A stretch of DNA of 24,000 nucleotides, from the NCBI GenBank assembly GCA_036678445.1, contig JAZIHR010000015.1, positions 6,772-30,771 on the forward strand. The letters run 5' to 3'. Of this stretch, positions 6,786 to 16,652 are shown in pieces (the stretch's first letter is position 1; each line of letters starts with the position of its first letter). The notes beneath the pieces are model-generated. The model did no database searches, was not told the origin of the DNA, and saw nothing but the letters and a program-made list of their open reading frames with translations. Origin of the DNA: Alphaproteobacteria bacterium. GTDB taxonomy: Bacteria > Pseudomonadota > Alphaproteobacteria > Rhodobacterales > Rhodobacteraceae. Both the position numbers and the translations under genes were made by a program.

Positions 6786-9349
6786 GGGGAAATCTCCTTT
6801 TCGTCCAGGGTGAGTTCGATCTCGTCGCCGACGGCGGCGTCGATGGGTGGGGCTTCATCCCACGGGGCGAGATTGGTGAGGCTCGGGATCAGGTCGGCTG
6901 CCCAAGCGACGCCGCGATGGCGCAGCCAGGCTGCCATAAACCCGTCGCGGTCGTTGGCGAGATGGATGCGCTCGATGTCAGCCTGATCTGATTTGGCGGA
7001 TGCTGCGCAGAGCGCGAGGCCGACTTCGGACAGGCCCAGCTCGAACAGGCGATTGCCCCTGCGGCTTTGGCAGTAATAGTCGCGCTTGGGTGTGGCCCGC
7101 GCGAGGATTTCGATCTGGCGGTCATTGAGACCGAACCGCCTGTAAATCTCGGTGATCTGCGGCTCGATGGCGCGCTCGTTGGGAAGCAGGAGCCGTGTCG
7201 GGCAGCTCTCGATGATCGCCGGCGCTATGGGCGAATTGTCGATGTCCGACAGGCTTTGCGTGGCGAAGATGACGCTGGCATTTTTCTTGCGCAGCGTTTT
7301 GAGCCATTCGCGGAGCTGGCCGGCGAAGCCATCGTCGTCCAGCGCAAGCCAGCCTTCGTCGATGATGAGCAGCGTCGGCCGTCCGTCCAGCTTGTCGCCG
7401 ATGTGGTGAAACAGGTAGGACAGCACGGCAGGAGCCGCGCCAGTCCCCACCAGCCCCTCGATCTCGAAGGCCTGCACGTCCGCCGTGCCGAGATATTCGG
7501 CCTCGGCATCGAGCAGCCGGCCATGAGCTCCGCCAATGCAATAGGGACGCAACGCCTGTTTCAGATCGTTGGACTGGAGCAGCGCGCTCAGCCCGGTGAT
7601 GGTCCGCTCCCCAGCCGGTGCCGAGGCCAGCGACGTCAGCGCCGTCCAGATATGCTCCCGGACCTCGGGGGTGATCTGAACAGTCTCGCGCGAGAGGATT
7701 GCCGCGATCCAGTCGGCGGCCCAGGCACGTTCCGCAGTCTCGTGGATTCGCGCCAGTGGTTGCAGGGCGACCCCGGCAATGTCCTGAGCGAGAGAAATGC
7801 GCAAATCCCGATCCACGGAACTGTCAGGGCTGAAAACCCCGGCGGCGGTCAGTTCGCCGCCGAGATCATGCCAGTCGCCACCCATGGCGAGCGTAGCGGC
7901 CCGGATGCTGCCGCCGAAGTCGAAGGCGAAGATCTGGCTTCGTGCGTAACGGCGGAACTGGAGTGCGGCGAGAGCAAGGAGAACGCTCTTGCCCGCGCCT
8001 GTTGGGCCGACGACAAGGGTGTGGCCTACGTCGCCGACATGGAGACTTAGCCGGAACGGGGTAGAGCCTTCGGTCCTGGCGTAAAGCAGTGGAGCGTCGC
8101 CGAAATGCTCGTCCCGTTCCGGCCCCGCCCACACCGCCGAAAGCGGGATCATGTGGGCGAGATTCAAAGTGCTGATGGGCGGCTGCCGCACATTCGCGTA
8201 GGCGTGTCCGGGCAGGCTGCCGAGCCATGCGTCAACCGCGTTGACGGTTTCCGGCATGGCGGTGAAATCTCTGCCTTGAATCACCTTTTCGGCAAGGCGC
8301 AGCTTCTCGTCGGCAATGCGCGGGTCGGCATCCCAAACGGTGATGGTGGCCGTGACATAGGCCATGCCCGCAACATCCGCCCCAAGCTCCTGCAAGGCCA
8401 TGTCGGCGTCGAGCGCCTTGTTGGCCGCATTGGTGTCCACAAGGGCGGACGCCTCGTTGGTCATCACCTCTTTCAGAATCGCGGCGATGCTCTTGCGCTT
8501 CGCAAACCATTGGCGGCGGATGCGGGTCAGCAGCCGCGTCGCATCGGTCTTGTCGAGCAGGATCGCGCGCGTGCTCCATCTGTAGGGGAACGGCAGGCGG
8601 TTCATTTCGTCGAGCAGGCCTGGCGTCGTCGCGGTCGGGAATCCCACGATGGTCAGGACGCGCAGATGCGCGTCGCCAAGGCGCGGCTCCAGCCCACCGG
8701 TCAAGGGCTGGTCGGCCAGCAGCGCGTCGAGGTGCATCGGCACCTCGGGCACGCGCACGCGATGCCGGTTGGTCGAAATGGTGGAATGGAGATAGGTAAG
8801 CGTCGCGCCGTCATCCATCCAACGGCACTCGGGCATGAAGCCGTCGAGCAAGGCCAGCACGCGGTCGGTGCGGTCGATGAAGCCGCGCAGCAGCTCCCAC
8901 GGGTCCACGCCGGTTTTCTCTCGGCCCTCGTAGAGCCATGTTTCCGCGCGGGCCGCTTCCTCGGCCGGGGGCAGCCAGAGGAAGGTCAGGAAGTAGCCCG
9001 ACACGAAATGCGTGCCCGCTTCCTCGAAACCGGCTTTCCGCTCGGCATCGACCAGCGCCGACGCGGCATCGGGAAAGATGCTGTCGGGATATGTCGCTGC
9101 CTCGCTACGCTGCGCCTCTACGAAGATGCTCCAGCCGGAGCCGAGACGGCGCACGGCGTTGTTGATGCGGCCGGCGACGGCGACCAGCTCGGCCGCGACG
9201 GCGGAATCCAGATCGGGACCGCGAAACTTCGCCGTCCGCTGGAAACTCCCGTCCTTGTTCAAGACGACGCCGGAGCCGACCAGCGCGGCCCATGGCAGAT
9301 AGTCGGCGAGCCGGGTGGTGGTGCGGCGGTATTCGGTAAGGTTCATCAT
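6782..9349 (-). CDS. trbE: TrbE / VirB4 T4SS ATPase
   Basis: 855 aa with Walker A GPTGAGKS and Walker B LLIIDEGW. The conserved N-terminus is MNLTEYRR...LPW..LV..GVVLNKDGSFQRT. Confidence 0.96.
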   Translation of the reverse strand: MMNLTEYRRTTTRLADYLPWAALVGSGVVLNKDGSFQRTAKFRGPDLDSAVAAELVAVAGRINNAVRRLGSGWSIFVEAQRSEAATYPDSIFPDAASALVDAERKAGFEEAGTHFVSGYFLTFLWLPPAEEAARAETWLYEGREKTGVDPWELLRGFIDRTDRVLALLDGFMPECRWMDDGATLTYLHSTISTNRHRVRVPEVPMHLDALLADQPLTGGLEPRLGDAHLRVLTIVGFPTATTPGLLDEMNRLPFPYRWSTRAILLDKTDATRLLTRIRRQWFAKRKSIAAILKEVMTNEASALVDTNAANKALDADMALQELGADVAGMAYVTATITVWDADPRIADEKLRLAEKVIQGRDFTAMPETVNAVDAWLGSLPGHAYANVRQPPISTLNLAHMIPLSAVWAGPERDEHFGDAPLLYARTEGSTPFRLSLHVGDVGHTLVVGPTGAGKSVLLALAALQFRRYARSQIFAFDFGGSIRAATLAMGGDWHDLGGELTAAGVFSPDSSVDRDLRISLAQDIAGVALQPLARIHETAERAWAADWIAAILSRETVQITPEVREHIWTALTSLASAPAGERTITGLSALLQSNDLKQALRPYCIGGAHGRLLDAEAEYLGTADVQAFEIEGLVGTGAAPAVLSYLFHHIGDKLDGRPTLLIIDEGWLALDDDGFAGQLREWLKTLRKKNASVIFATQSLSDIDNSPIAPAIIESCPTRLLLPNERAIEPQITEIYRRFGLNDRQIEILARATPKRDYYCQSRRGNRLFELGLSEVGLALCAASAKSDQADIERIHLANDRDGFMAAWLRHRGVAWAADLIPSLTNLAPWDEAPPIDAAVGDEIELTLDEKEISP

Positions 9350-9362
9350 CGACGCGCCTCCC

Positions 9363-9644
9363 TCAAACCGCCAGATGGCCGGGGACGCGCAGATGCCTGC
9401 GCCCGACCTCGACGAATTGGGGATCGCGCTTCGCCGCCCACACGGCCGCGAAATGGCCGATTGCCCAAATGGCGATGCCGACCAGCCAGAGGCGCAGGCC
9501 GAGGCCCACGGCCCCCGCCAGCGTTCCGTTCATGATGGCGATGGAGCGCGGTGCGCCGCCGAGCAGGATATGCTCGGTCAGCGCCCGGTGGACCGGGATC
9601 GAGAATCCCGGCACCGCGTCGAGCTGTTCGAGTCCGCCCGCCAT
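9363..9644 (-). CDS. trbD: TrbD / VirB3-like T4SS protein
   Basis: 93 aa from internal ATG 9644 ([33 protein letters not shown]...) with a TM segment. The ATG shares one base with the trbC stop (TGATG). SD GAGGGAGG for trbE follows its stop. Confidence 0.88.
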   Translation of the reverse strand: MAGGLEQLDAVPGFSIPVHRALTEHILLGGAPRSIAIMNGTLAGAVGLGLRLWLVGIAIWAIGHFAAVWAAKRDPQFVEVGRRHLRVPGHLAV

Positions 9645-9970
9645 CAAACGAGAGCCCCGCCACCGAAGGAGAAGAACGACAGGAAGAAGCTCGACGCTGC
9701 AAAGGCGATGGACAGGCCGAACACGATCTGGATCAGCTTGCGAAAGCCGCCGCCCGTATCGCCGAAGGCCAGCGTCAGGCCGGTGACGATGATGATGATG
9801 ACGGCGATGATCTTGGCGACCGGCCCCTCGATGGACTGGAGGATGCTTTCGAGGGGCGCTTCCCACGGCATCGACGAGCCGGACGCATGGGCGGCCGGTG
9901 CCATGAACAGGCTGACATAGGTGGTGGCCGTGGCGACGTGGCGACGCAGGCGCATGGCATGACGGATCAT
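9644..9970 (-). CDS. trbC: TrbC / VirB2-like pilin precursor
   Basis: 108 aa from ATG 9970 with a long leader ending AHA/SG and two hydrophobic segments ([33 protein letters not shown]). The ATG overlaps the trbB stop (ATGA). Confidence 0.88.
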   Translation of the reverse strand: MIRHAMRLRRHVATATTYVSLFMAPAAHASGSSMPWEAPLESILQSIEGPVAKIIAVIIIIVTGLTLAFGDTGGGFRKLIQIVFGLSIAFAASSFFLSFFSFGGGALV

Positions 9971-10950
9971 TCGGAATCTCCTTCTGGATCGGGGATGATC
10001 GGGGTAATGCGGTAGTTGCCGGCGGGATCGAGCCCGTCGATGCGGGCAAGTTCGGCGAGCCGGCGCGCGAAACCGCGCCCGGACAGGACAGCAACAAGGT
10101 CGATGGCCTCCCCGATCAGCGACCGGGGGACCGTGATGACGGCTTCCTGGACAAGCTGTTCGAGGCGGTGGAGTGCGCCGAGCGCGGAACCAGCATGGAG
10201 GGTGCCGATGCCGCCGGGATGGCCGGTGCCCCAAAGTTTCAGGAGCCCGAGTGCTTCCGGGCCGCGCACCTCGCCGACTATGATGCGGTCAGGCCGGAAG
10301 CGCATGGTCGCGCGCGACAGCTCGAGGAGATCGATCACCTCGTCCACGCTGCGCATCGGCACCTTGTTTTCGGCGGTGCATTGCAGTTCGCGCATGTCCT
10401 CGATGATAATGACACGATCGGCGCCCTTCGAGACTTCCGCCAGGAGCGCATTGGTGAGTGTGGTCTTGCCGGTCGATGTCCCGCCGGCCACGAGGATGTT
10501 GGCGCGTGTGGCAACGCCCAGGCGCAATGCCTCGGCCTGAAACCGGGTCATAATGCCAGCCGCCACATAGTCGTCCAGCGTGAAGACCGCGACGGCGGGC
10601 TTGCGGATGGCAAAGGCCGGCGCATCGACGACAGGCGGCAGCAAACCCTCGAAGCGCTCCCCGCTCTCCGGCAGTTCCGCGGAGACGCGCGGGCTGCGGG
10701 CATGGACCTCCGCGCCGACATGGTGCGCGACCAGGCGCACGATGCGCTCGCCATCGGCAGCAGACAGGCGCTCGCCGGTATCGGCCAGACCTTCCAAAAG
10801 CCGATCTATCCAGATGCGGCCATCGGGGTTCAGCATGACCTCGATGACGGAGGGGTCTTCCAGAAACCGGGCAATGGCCGGGCCGAGCGCGGTGCGCAAC
10901 ATCCGTGCCCCGCGCCCGATGATTTCCTGTCTGTGGTCGGTGAAGGTCAT
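9967..10950 (-). CDS. trbB: TrbB / VirB11-family secretion ATPase
   Basis: 327 aa with Walker [10 protein letters not shown], Asp box IIIEDMRE and His box [11 protein letters not shown]. Confidence 0.95.
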   Translation of the reverse strand: MTFTDHRQEIIGRGARMLRTALGPAIARFLEDPSVIEVMLNPDGRIWIDRLLEGLADTGERLSAADGERIVRLVAHHVGAEVHARSPRVSAELPESGERFEGLLPPVVDAPAFAIRKPAVAVFTLDDYVAAGIMTRFQAEALRLGVATRANILVAGGTSTGKTTLTNALLAEVSKGADRVIIIEDMRELQCTAENKVPMRSVDEVIDLLELSRATMRFRPDRIIVGEVRGPEALGLLKLWGTGHPGGIGTLHAGSALGALHRLEQLVQEAVITVPRSLIGEAIDLVAVLSGRGFARRLAELARIDGLDPAGNYRITPIIPDPEGDSE

Positions 10951-11005
10951 GTCGGCCCCGGTTTCTGGCGGGGCGCAACAGGTGGTCCCCGGATCGGGGT
11001 CGATT

Positions 11006-11025
11006 AAGAAAGCCCGGAATCGGGC
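11006..11025 (-). terminator. weak hairpin plus T-tract downstream of the RHH gene (possible attenuator/terminator before trbB)
   Basis: The reverse strand reads GCCCG-ATTC-CGGGC followed by TTTCTT. The stem is only 5 bp, so the call is weak. Confidence 0.25.
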
Positions 11026-11048
11026 CGCTTCAACAAGTATTTAAGCGC

Positions 11049-11094
11049 ATGCGGCGGGATGCGGTGATCTGCGGAAAATAGGACAGGATGCGGA
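11049..11094. promoter_or_regulatory. helically phased (A/C)TGCGG repeats in the RHH-trbB intergenic region (candidate operator)
   Basis: ATGCGG at 11049 and 11059, CTGCGG at 11069, and ATGCGG at 11089. Starts are exactly 10 bp apart with one slot skipped. The repeats lie immediately 3' of the RHH stop and about 100-145 nt upstream of the trbB ATG. Confidence 0.35.
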
Positions 11095-11095
11095 G

Positions 11096-11545
11096 TCAGG
11101 ATCGGTCGCCGTCCGCGCCGGACTGGTCCTGCGGAAACGAATCAACGTCGCGCGAAAGCTCTTTCAGGAACCTGTCGCCGGTTGCCAGCCGCTTGCCGAG
11201 GGTCTGCATGAATCCCTCGAACCGTTCGGCCCCCTTGGCGCGGGCCGAGGCTTGTGCGCTTTCGGGCTGCGGAGGCGTGGCGGCAAGCCAGAAGTAGACG
11301 AACAGCGAGACGGTTTCGCCGAGCACGGCGAGATCTTCGTCGAGTATGTCGATCTGGCGCCCGATCCTGTCCAGGCGGCGCGACATGGCCGCTTCCAGCC
11401 GATCCGCCGCGTCGCCGGACAAGAAGGAAGCGACGGCAGCCTCGATGATGGCGGATTTCGAGACTTGCCGGCGCAGGGCCAGCATTTCAACCTGTTTAAG
11501 CAGCTCCGGGTCGAAATAGACGTTCATGCGGGTTCTGGTTGCCAT
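11096..11545 (-). CDS. ribbon-helix-helix (CopG-like) regulator conserved between traG and trbB
   Basis: 149 aa from ATG 11545 (MATRTRMNVYFDPELLKQVEMLALRRQVSKSAIIEAAVASFL = RHH motif). SD GAGGA lies upstream, and the ATG is 10 nt after the traG stop. The longer track start at 11575 would overlap traG. Confidence 0.8.
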   Translation of the reverse strand: MATRTRMNVYFDPELLKQVEMLALRRQVSKSAIIEAAVASFLSGDAADRLEAAMSRRLDRIGRQIDILDEDLAVLGETVSLFVYFWLAATPPQPESAQASARAKGAERFEGFMQTLGKRLATGDRFLKELSRDVDSFPQDQSGADGDRS

Positions 11546-11555
11546 GGGCGTATCC

Positions 11556-13544
11556 TCAAAGGTCGATTCCATCATCGGGGTTCAGCGCCACCTGCCGCGC
11601 GACCATCCTCATGCGCTGGCGCATGGCGCGGGCCTTGGCCGCGTCAACATCCGGCTCGTCGTCCAGAAACTCGAACTCCTGTTCGGGCGACGGCGGCGGG
11701 GCGACGACTTCCTCATGCTCGGGCAATTCCGGCTCGCGGCGGATGCCGGCATTGGCTGGATCACCCTCGTTCCCGTCTGCGGCAGCCGGAGCGGAACGGC
11801 TTTCCGCCGCGACCACGCGGCCGGACCAATCATCGGCGGATGGGCTGGGCGCCAGCGGAGCGGCGACCAGATCGGGCGGGGTCAGGATGCGTTCCTGAAA
11901 CCGCGCATCCTCGAAATAGCGTGCCTTGGTCGCGCGGATCGGCGGCGTGCCCGCGACCATCACGATTTCGTCCGTTGGCGGAAGCTGCATGATCTCGCCC
12001 GGCGTGAGCAGCGGCCGGGCCGTCTCCTGCCGCGACACCATGAGATGCCCGAGCCACGGGGCCAATCTGTGCCCGGCATAGTTGGTGGAATCGCGCAGTT
12101 CGGTCGCGGTGCCGAGCGCGTCACTCACCCGCTTGGCGGTGCGTTCGTCATTCGTGGCGAAGCTGACGCGCACATGGCAATTGTCGAGAATGGCGTTGTT
12201 CGGCCCATAGGCGCGCTCGATCTGGTTGAGGCTCTGCGCGATCAGGAAACCTTTGATTCCGTAGCCCGCCATGAAGGCCAAGGCGGACTCGAAAAAATCC
12301 AATCTGCCGAGCGCCGGAAACTCGTCGAGCATCAACAGCAGCCGATGGCGCTTGCCGGAGGTGGTCAATTCCTCCGTCAACCGCCTGCCGATCTGGTTGA
12401 GGATCAGGCGGATGAGGGGCTTGGTGCGGTTTATGTCGGACGGCGGCACGACCAGATAGAGCGTGACCGGCTGGCAGCTGCCGACCAGATCGGCAATGCG
12501 CCAGTCGCATCGTGCGGTGACGCGCGCCACCACGGGATCACGATACAATCCCAAAAACGACATGGCGGTGGACAGCACGCCGCTGCGCTCGTTCTCGCTT
12601 TTGTTCAGCAGTTCGCGAGCCGACGGCGCGATGACGGGATGAACGCCCGCCTCGCCGAGATGCGGCGTGTCCATCATGGCGCGCAAGGTCGCCTCGACCG
12701 GGCGGCGCGGATCGGACAGGAAGTTGGCGACGCCCGCCAGCGTCTTGTCTTTCTCCGCATAGAGAACATGCAGGATCGCGCCGACCAGAAGCGAATGGGA
12801 AGTCTTTTCCCAATGGTTGCGCTTGTCGAGGCTGCCTTCAGGATCGACCAGAATATCCGCGATATTCTGAACGTCCCTGACCTCCCACTCGCCTTGCCTG
12901 ACCTCCAGCAGCGGGTTGTAGGCGGCCGATTTGGCGTTGGTCGGATCGAACAGCAAAACGCGGCCGTGCTTCGCACGAAAGCCGGCTGTCAGTGTCCAGT
13001 TTTCCCCTTTTATGTCGTGGACAATAGCGGATGCCGGCCATGTCAGCAGCGTCGGCACTACCAGCCCGACACCTTTGCCGCTGCGCGTCGGGGCGAAGCA
13101 TAGGACATGCTCGGGACCGTCATGGCGTAGATAGTCCCGTTCGTATCGGCCGAGCACGACGCCATCGGAGCCGAGCAAGCCGGCGCTGCGGATTTCCTTG
13201 TCCTCGGCCCATCGCGCCGATCCGTATGTGGCGACGTTGCGCGCTTCCCGCGCCCGGATGATCGACATGAAGATGGCGGCGGCGATGGCGAGGAAGCCGC
13301 CGGACGTGGCGATGATTGCACCCTCTACGAAGATCGCGGGCGCATAGGCGTCGAAAGAAAACCACCACCAGAAGAAGGCCGGCGGACAATAGACCGGCCA
13401 GCCCGCCAACTCGAACCACGGTGCTCCAAGCTGCGGCTGGAAGCCGAGGCGGAACGCCGTCCATTGCGTCGCTGCCCACACCATCACCAGAACGATGGTG
13501 AAGACGACAGCGATCTGACCCCATAAAATTCGGCCTCCGCGCAT
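11556..13544 (-). CDS. traG: TraG / VirD4-family type IV coupling protein
   Basis: About 662 aa from ATG 13544 (GGAG 6 nt upstream; the track's TTG at 13562 is an alternative). N-terminal TM segments, Walker A-like APTRSGKGVG, and conserved LLMLDEFP and GIKGFLIAQS motifs. Confidence 0.95.
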   Translation of the reverse strand: MRGGRILWGQIAVVFTIVLVMVWAATQWTAFRLGFQPQLGAPWFELAGWPVYCPPAFFWWWFSFDAYAPAIFVEGAIIATSGGFLAIAAAIFMSIIRAREARNVATYGSARWAEDKEIRSAGLLGSDGVVLGRYERDYLRHDGPEHVLCFAPTRSGKGVGLVVPTLLTWPASAIVHDIKGENWTLTAGFRAKHGRVLLFDPTNAKSAAYNPLLEVRQGEWEVRDVQNIADILVDPEGSLDKRNHWEKTSHSLLVGAILHVLYAEKDKTLAGVANFLSDPRRPVEATLRAMMDTPHLGEAGVHPVIAPSARELLNKSENERSGVLSTAMSFLGLYRDPVVARVTARCDWRIADLVGSCQPVTLYLVVPPSDINRTKPLIRLILNQIGRRLTEELTTSGKRHRLLLMLDEFPALGRLDFFESALAFMAGYGIKGFLIAQSLNQIERAYGPNNAILDNCHVRVSFATNDERTAKRVSDALGTATELRDSTNYAGHRLAPWLGHLMVSRQETARPLLTPGEIMQLPPTDEIVMVAGTPPIRATKARYFEDARFQERILTPPDLVAAPLAPSPSADDWSGRVVAAESRSAPAAADGNEGDPANAGIRREPELPEHEEVVAPPPSPEQEFEFLDDEPDVDAAKARAMRQRMRMVARQVALNPDDGIDL

Positions 13545-13639
13545 ACGGGCTCCAGTCGGCAAGAGAGACAGAGCCGATCAGAGAGTAGGCAAAATCGGGA
13601 CAGGCAACAGCAAAGATGATGCGAGAGGGCTGCCGGATA

Positions 13640-14659
13640 CTATCGGCGGTATATAGGACGGGTTGCTTCGGTGTTCACGGTCACCCTGCTACTACTGCGC
13701 AGACGGCTTCGCGAATCGCGGCCCATCGTGCCTGCGAGCATAAGCAGGTTGCGCAGCGCGGCGTTGCGATTGAACGGCGACCAGACAGCCGAGAAAGGGA
13801 CTGGCTCTGGCTCATCGGCCAACGGCAGGAACACGATGCCCGTTGACGGCAGTTGCGCCGTGGCGGCACTGACGATGGTGACGCCGAAACCCTGCCCAAC
13901 CATGGACAGTAGCGTTCCCCGCCCTACGTCGAAGCGCTGGATCGACGGTGCGGGCCAAAGCCCTGCCAGACGCAGCACGATATGGTCATGAACCTGCGGT
14001 CCAGTGCCGCCATGCCGAACAAGGAACGTCTCTCCCACCAGATCGGCCCAGGTGATCTCCGGTCGTCCGGCAAGGCGATGATTCTCCGGCAGCGCAACCA
14101 CCAGCGGCTCGGTCCAGATCGGACGGGCGTGGTAGTCGGGCAGTTCGGGAGCCCCCGCCACGAACGCCACATCCAACCGGTCGGCGCGAAGCTGCATCAC
14201 CGCCTCGCGGGCTGTGCCTTCGGTGATCTCGACGTCGATGCCAGGATGGTCTTCGCGGAATTGCGCGATCAGTTCGGCAAGAAAGCTGCGCGGCATCAGA
14301 GCATGGATACCGACGCGCAGTCGGCCGCACTCTCCCGACGCCGCCATACCAGCAGTCTTCACCGCATGGTCGAGTTGATCGACGCCGGCGGCGACCCGCT
14401 CGACAAAGAGGCGCCCGGCCTCGGTAAGGCGGACGCCTCTGGTATTGCGCTCGAACAGAAGGATGCCGAGGTCTTGCTCCAGCGCCTTGATCCTCGCGCT
14501 GACGTTGGACTGGCTGGTGCCGAGCGCCTGAGCGGCGCGGTAGAAGCTGAGATGTTCGGCGACGGCAAGCGTCTGGATCAACGATGCAAGTGGAATGCGC
14601 CCCAAACTAAGTTGATGGCTTGGCGGATTTAACCTGCTCTTTTTCTTCAGCCTGCCCAT
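13640..14659 (-). CDS. LysR-family transcriptional regulator
   Basis: HTH LAVAEHLSFYRAAQALGTSQSNVSARIKALEQDLGILLFERNTRGVRLTEAG followed by a substrate-binding domain. The ATG is only 21 nt downstream of, and co-directional with, tetA. A TTG about 18 codons in is an alternative start. The Arg/Ser-rich C-terminal tail looks atypical. Confidence 0.9.
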   Translation of the reverse strand: MGRLKKKSRLNPPSHQLSLGRIPLASLIQTLAVAEHLSFYRAAQALGTSQSNVSARIKALEQDLGILLFERNTRGVRLTEAGRLFVERVAAGVDQLDHAVKTAGMAASGECGRLRVGIHALMPRSFLAELIAQFREDHPGIDVEITEGTAREAVMQLRADRLDVAFVAGAPELPDYHARPIWTEPLVVALPENHRLAGRPEITWADLVGETFLVRHGGTGPQVHDHIVLRLAGLWPAPSIQRFDVGRGTLLSMVGQGFGVTIVSAATAQLPSTGIVFLPLADEPEPVPFSAVWSPFNRNAALRNLLMLAGTMGRDSRSRLRSSSRVTVNTEATRPIYRR

Positions 14660-14680
14660 GCCTATCCGCTACGATCTCAA

Positions 14681-15856
14681 TCACGACGAAGTGGCGAAAG
14701 GCCTGCGGAGCATTGGCAAGCACATTACATAAAGAAACGCACCGACAATCCAAACCCAACCGTTCCATGCTCCGGCGGTGGCAGAATAGAGTGCCGTAAA
14801 GCCAAGCGGTCCCGCGATGGCGCTTAAATTGGTGAGGCTCGTAAGCGTTCCCTGCAAGGCTCCCTGCTTGTTGTTGCTGACATTATTCGAAAGCATTGCC
14901 TGCAAGGCCGGCATGCCGACACCCCCGGCGGCAAGCAGCAACAGAACCGGAAACACCATCCATCCCTGCGTGACAAAAGCCAGAAGAATGAAGCCAGTCG
15001 CATCCGCGGCCATGCCAAACAGCAGCGTGCGCCGTTCTCCAAGTCGGCTTGAAAGAGGGCCGGTAACAAACGCTTGAAAAATCGCATGTGTTGCTCCAAA
15101 CGCCGCGAGCGACAAGCCGACGGTCGTGGTGTTCCACTGAAAACGATCCTCACCATATATGACCCATAGGGCCGCCGGCACTTGGCCAATCAGTTGAATA
15201 ATGAAGAAAACTGCGAAAAGCGCAGTTAGCCCACGCAACGCATCGTCCAGCCGGAACAGAACCAATGGTTCGATGTGAACCGACTTTCCGGTCTTGCCAT
15301 GACCGCGACGAGTCTCCCTGAGGAAAATGCAGGCAAGCAGGAACGCGATCCCGTTGAGAAGGGCAGCGGCGACAAACGGAGCATGAGCAGAAATACCGCC
15401 GAGCATACCACCAAGAGCTGGCCCGGCAATCATGCCCGTACCATAGCAGGCCCCCATGTAGCCGAACCACCGTGCGCGCGAACCTTCCCCCGTCGAATCG
15501 GCAATGGTTGAAGCAGCTACGGCTCCGGTTGCTCCCGTGACGCCGGAGACGAGTCGGCCGATATAAAGCACCCACAGGACCGGCGCAGATGCCATGATCG
15601 TGTAATCGACTGCGGCTCCCGCGAGAGAAGCCAGAAGCACCGGACGCCGACCGTAAGCATCCGAAAGTTGTCCAAGCAGGGGCGCGAAGACGACCTGCAC
15701 CAACGCATAGAGCGACAGCAAGGCACCATAGTGACCAGCGACCTGCTCCGTCGGCACAAGCTCGCGCAGAAGCGCTGGAAGGACCGGCATGATGAGGCCG
15801 AGACCCATGGCGTCGAGACCCACGATCAGCAGGGCAATGATGGCAGAGCTGTGCAC
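14681..15856 (-). CDS. tetA(G): tetracycline efflux MFS pump, class G-like TetA
   Basis: 391 aa with a GTG start: (M)HSSAIIALLIVGLDAMGLGLIMPVLPALLRELVP...GEDRFQWNTTTVGLSLAAFG...WNGWVWIVGA...RRPFATSS. It is nearly collinear with my recollection of Tet(G) (also 391 aa), with scattered substitutions. It is divergent from a TetR gene, with tetO sites between them. Confidence 0.9.
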   Translation of the reverse strand: MHSSAIIALLIVGLDAMGLGLIMPVLPALLRELVPTEQVAGHYGALLSLYALVQVVFAPLLGQLSDAYGRRPVLLASLAGAAVDYTIMASAPVLWVLYIGRLVSGVTGATGAVAASTIADSTGEGSRARWFGYMGACYGTGMIAGPALGGMLGGISAHAPFVAAALLNGIAFLLACIFLRETRRGHGKTGKSVHIEPLVLFRLDDALRGLTALFAVFFIIQLIGQVPAALWVIYGEDRFQWNTTTVGLSLAAFGATHAIFQAFVTGPLSSRLGERRTLLFGMAADATGFILLAFVTQGWMVFPVLLLLAAGGVGMPALQAMLSNNVSNNKQGALQGTLTSLTNLSAIAGPLGFTALYSATAGAWNGWVWIVGAFLYVMCLPMLRRPFATSS

Positions 15857-15890
15857 CTGAAACTCCAGTGCCGCTCAAGCGCGAGCGACT

Positions 15891-15933
15891 TTATCATCGA
15901 TAAGTATATGGACATAGAACTTATCGGTGATAA
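15891..15933. promoter_or_regulatory. two tetO-like operators in the tetA/tetR divergent promoter region
   Basis: TTATCATCGATAA (15891-15903) and TTATCGGTGATAA (15921-15933). Each is a TTATC-N3-GATAA palindrome resembling the tetO core TATCAnTGATA. The centres are 30 bp apart, as in Tn10-type O1/O2. Confidence 0.75.
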
Positions 15934-15961
15934 ATTGTCAAGCGTTGACGAAGGAGCATGA

Positions 15962-16588
15962 ATGACCAAACTGGACAAGGGCACCGTGATCGCGACGGCG
16001 CTGGAACTGCTGAACGAGGTTGGCATGGACAACCTGACGACGCGAAAGCTCGCTGAACGCCTCAAGGTTCAGCAGCCAGCGCTTTACTGGCATTTCCAAA
16101 ACAAGCGTGCGCTGCTTGACGCACTGGCCGAGGCGATGCTGACGGAACGCCACACTCGGTCCCTACCCAAGGAAAACGAGGACTGGCGGGTGTACCTGAA
16201 AGAAAACGCCCTGAGTTTCAGAATGGCGTTGCTCTCTTATCGCGACGGCGCGCGTATCCATGCGGGAACTCGACCGACAGAACCGAATTTTGGCACCGCC
16301 GAGGCACAAATACGCTTTCTCTGCACGGCGGGCTTTAGTCCGAAGCATGCCGTTTGGACGCTTTTGGCGGTCAGCAACTATGTAGTCGGTTCCGTTCTCG
16401 AACAGCAGGCATCTGATGCCGATGAGAGAATTTCGGACAGGTCAGATGTATCCGAGCAAGCACCATCGTCCTTCCTACACGGTCTGTTTCACGAGTTGGA
16501 AACAGACAGCATGGATGCTGCGTTCAACTTTGGACTCGACAGCCTCATCGCCGGTTTCGAGCGGCTGCGTTCATGTACAACAAATTAG
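15962..16588 (+). CDS. tetR(G): tetracycline repressor, class G-like TetR
   Basis: 208 aa: MTKLDKGTVIATALELLNEVGMDNLTTRKLAERLKVQQPALYWHFQNKRALLDALAEAML... The TetR N-terminal HTH is unmistakable. SD AAGGAG lies 5 nt upstream. Confidence 0.92.
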   Translation: MTKLDKGTVIATALELLNEVGMDNLTTRKLAERLKVQQPALYWHFQNKRALLDALAEAMLTERHTRSLPKENEDWRVYLKENALSFRMALLSYRDGARIHAGTRPTEPNFGTAEAQIRFLCTAGFSPKHAVWTLLAVSNYVVGSVLEQQASDADERISDRSDVSEQAPSSFLHGLFHELETDSMDAAFNFGLDSLIAGFERLRSCTTN

Positions 16589-16652
16589 GATCAAGACCTA
16601 CTAATTTGGGTTGAGGCATGACTCACGGTCTCGCTTGATGGAGGGAGCCGAT

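Noticed and set aside
10987-10999. Hairpin CCCCG-GAT-CGGGG just upstream of the trbB start.
   Set aside because: It has a 5-bp stem, a 3-nt loop and no T-tract on either strand. That is too weak to call as a terminator or regulatory structure.
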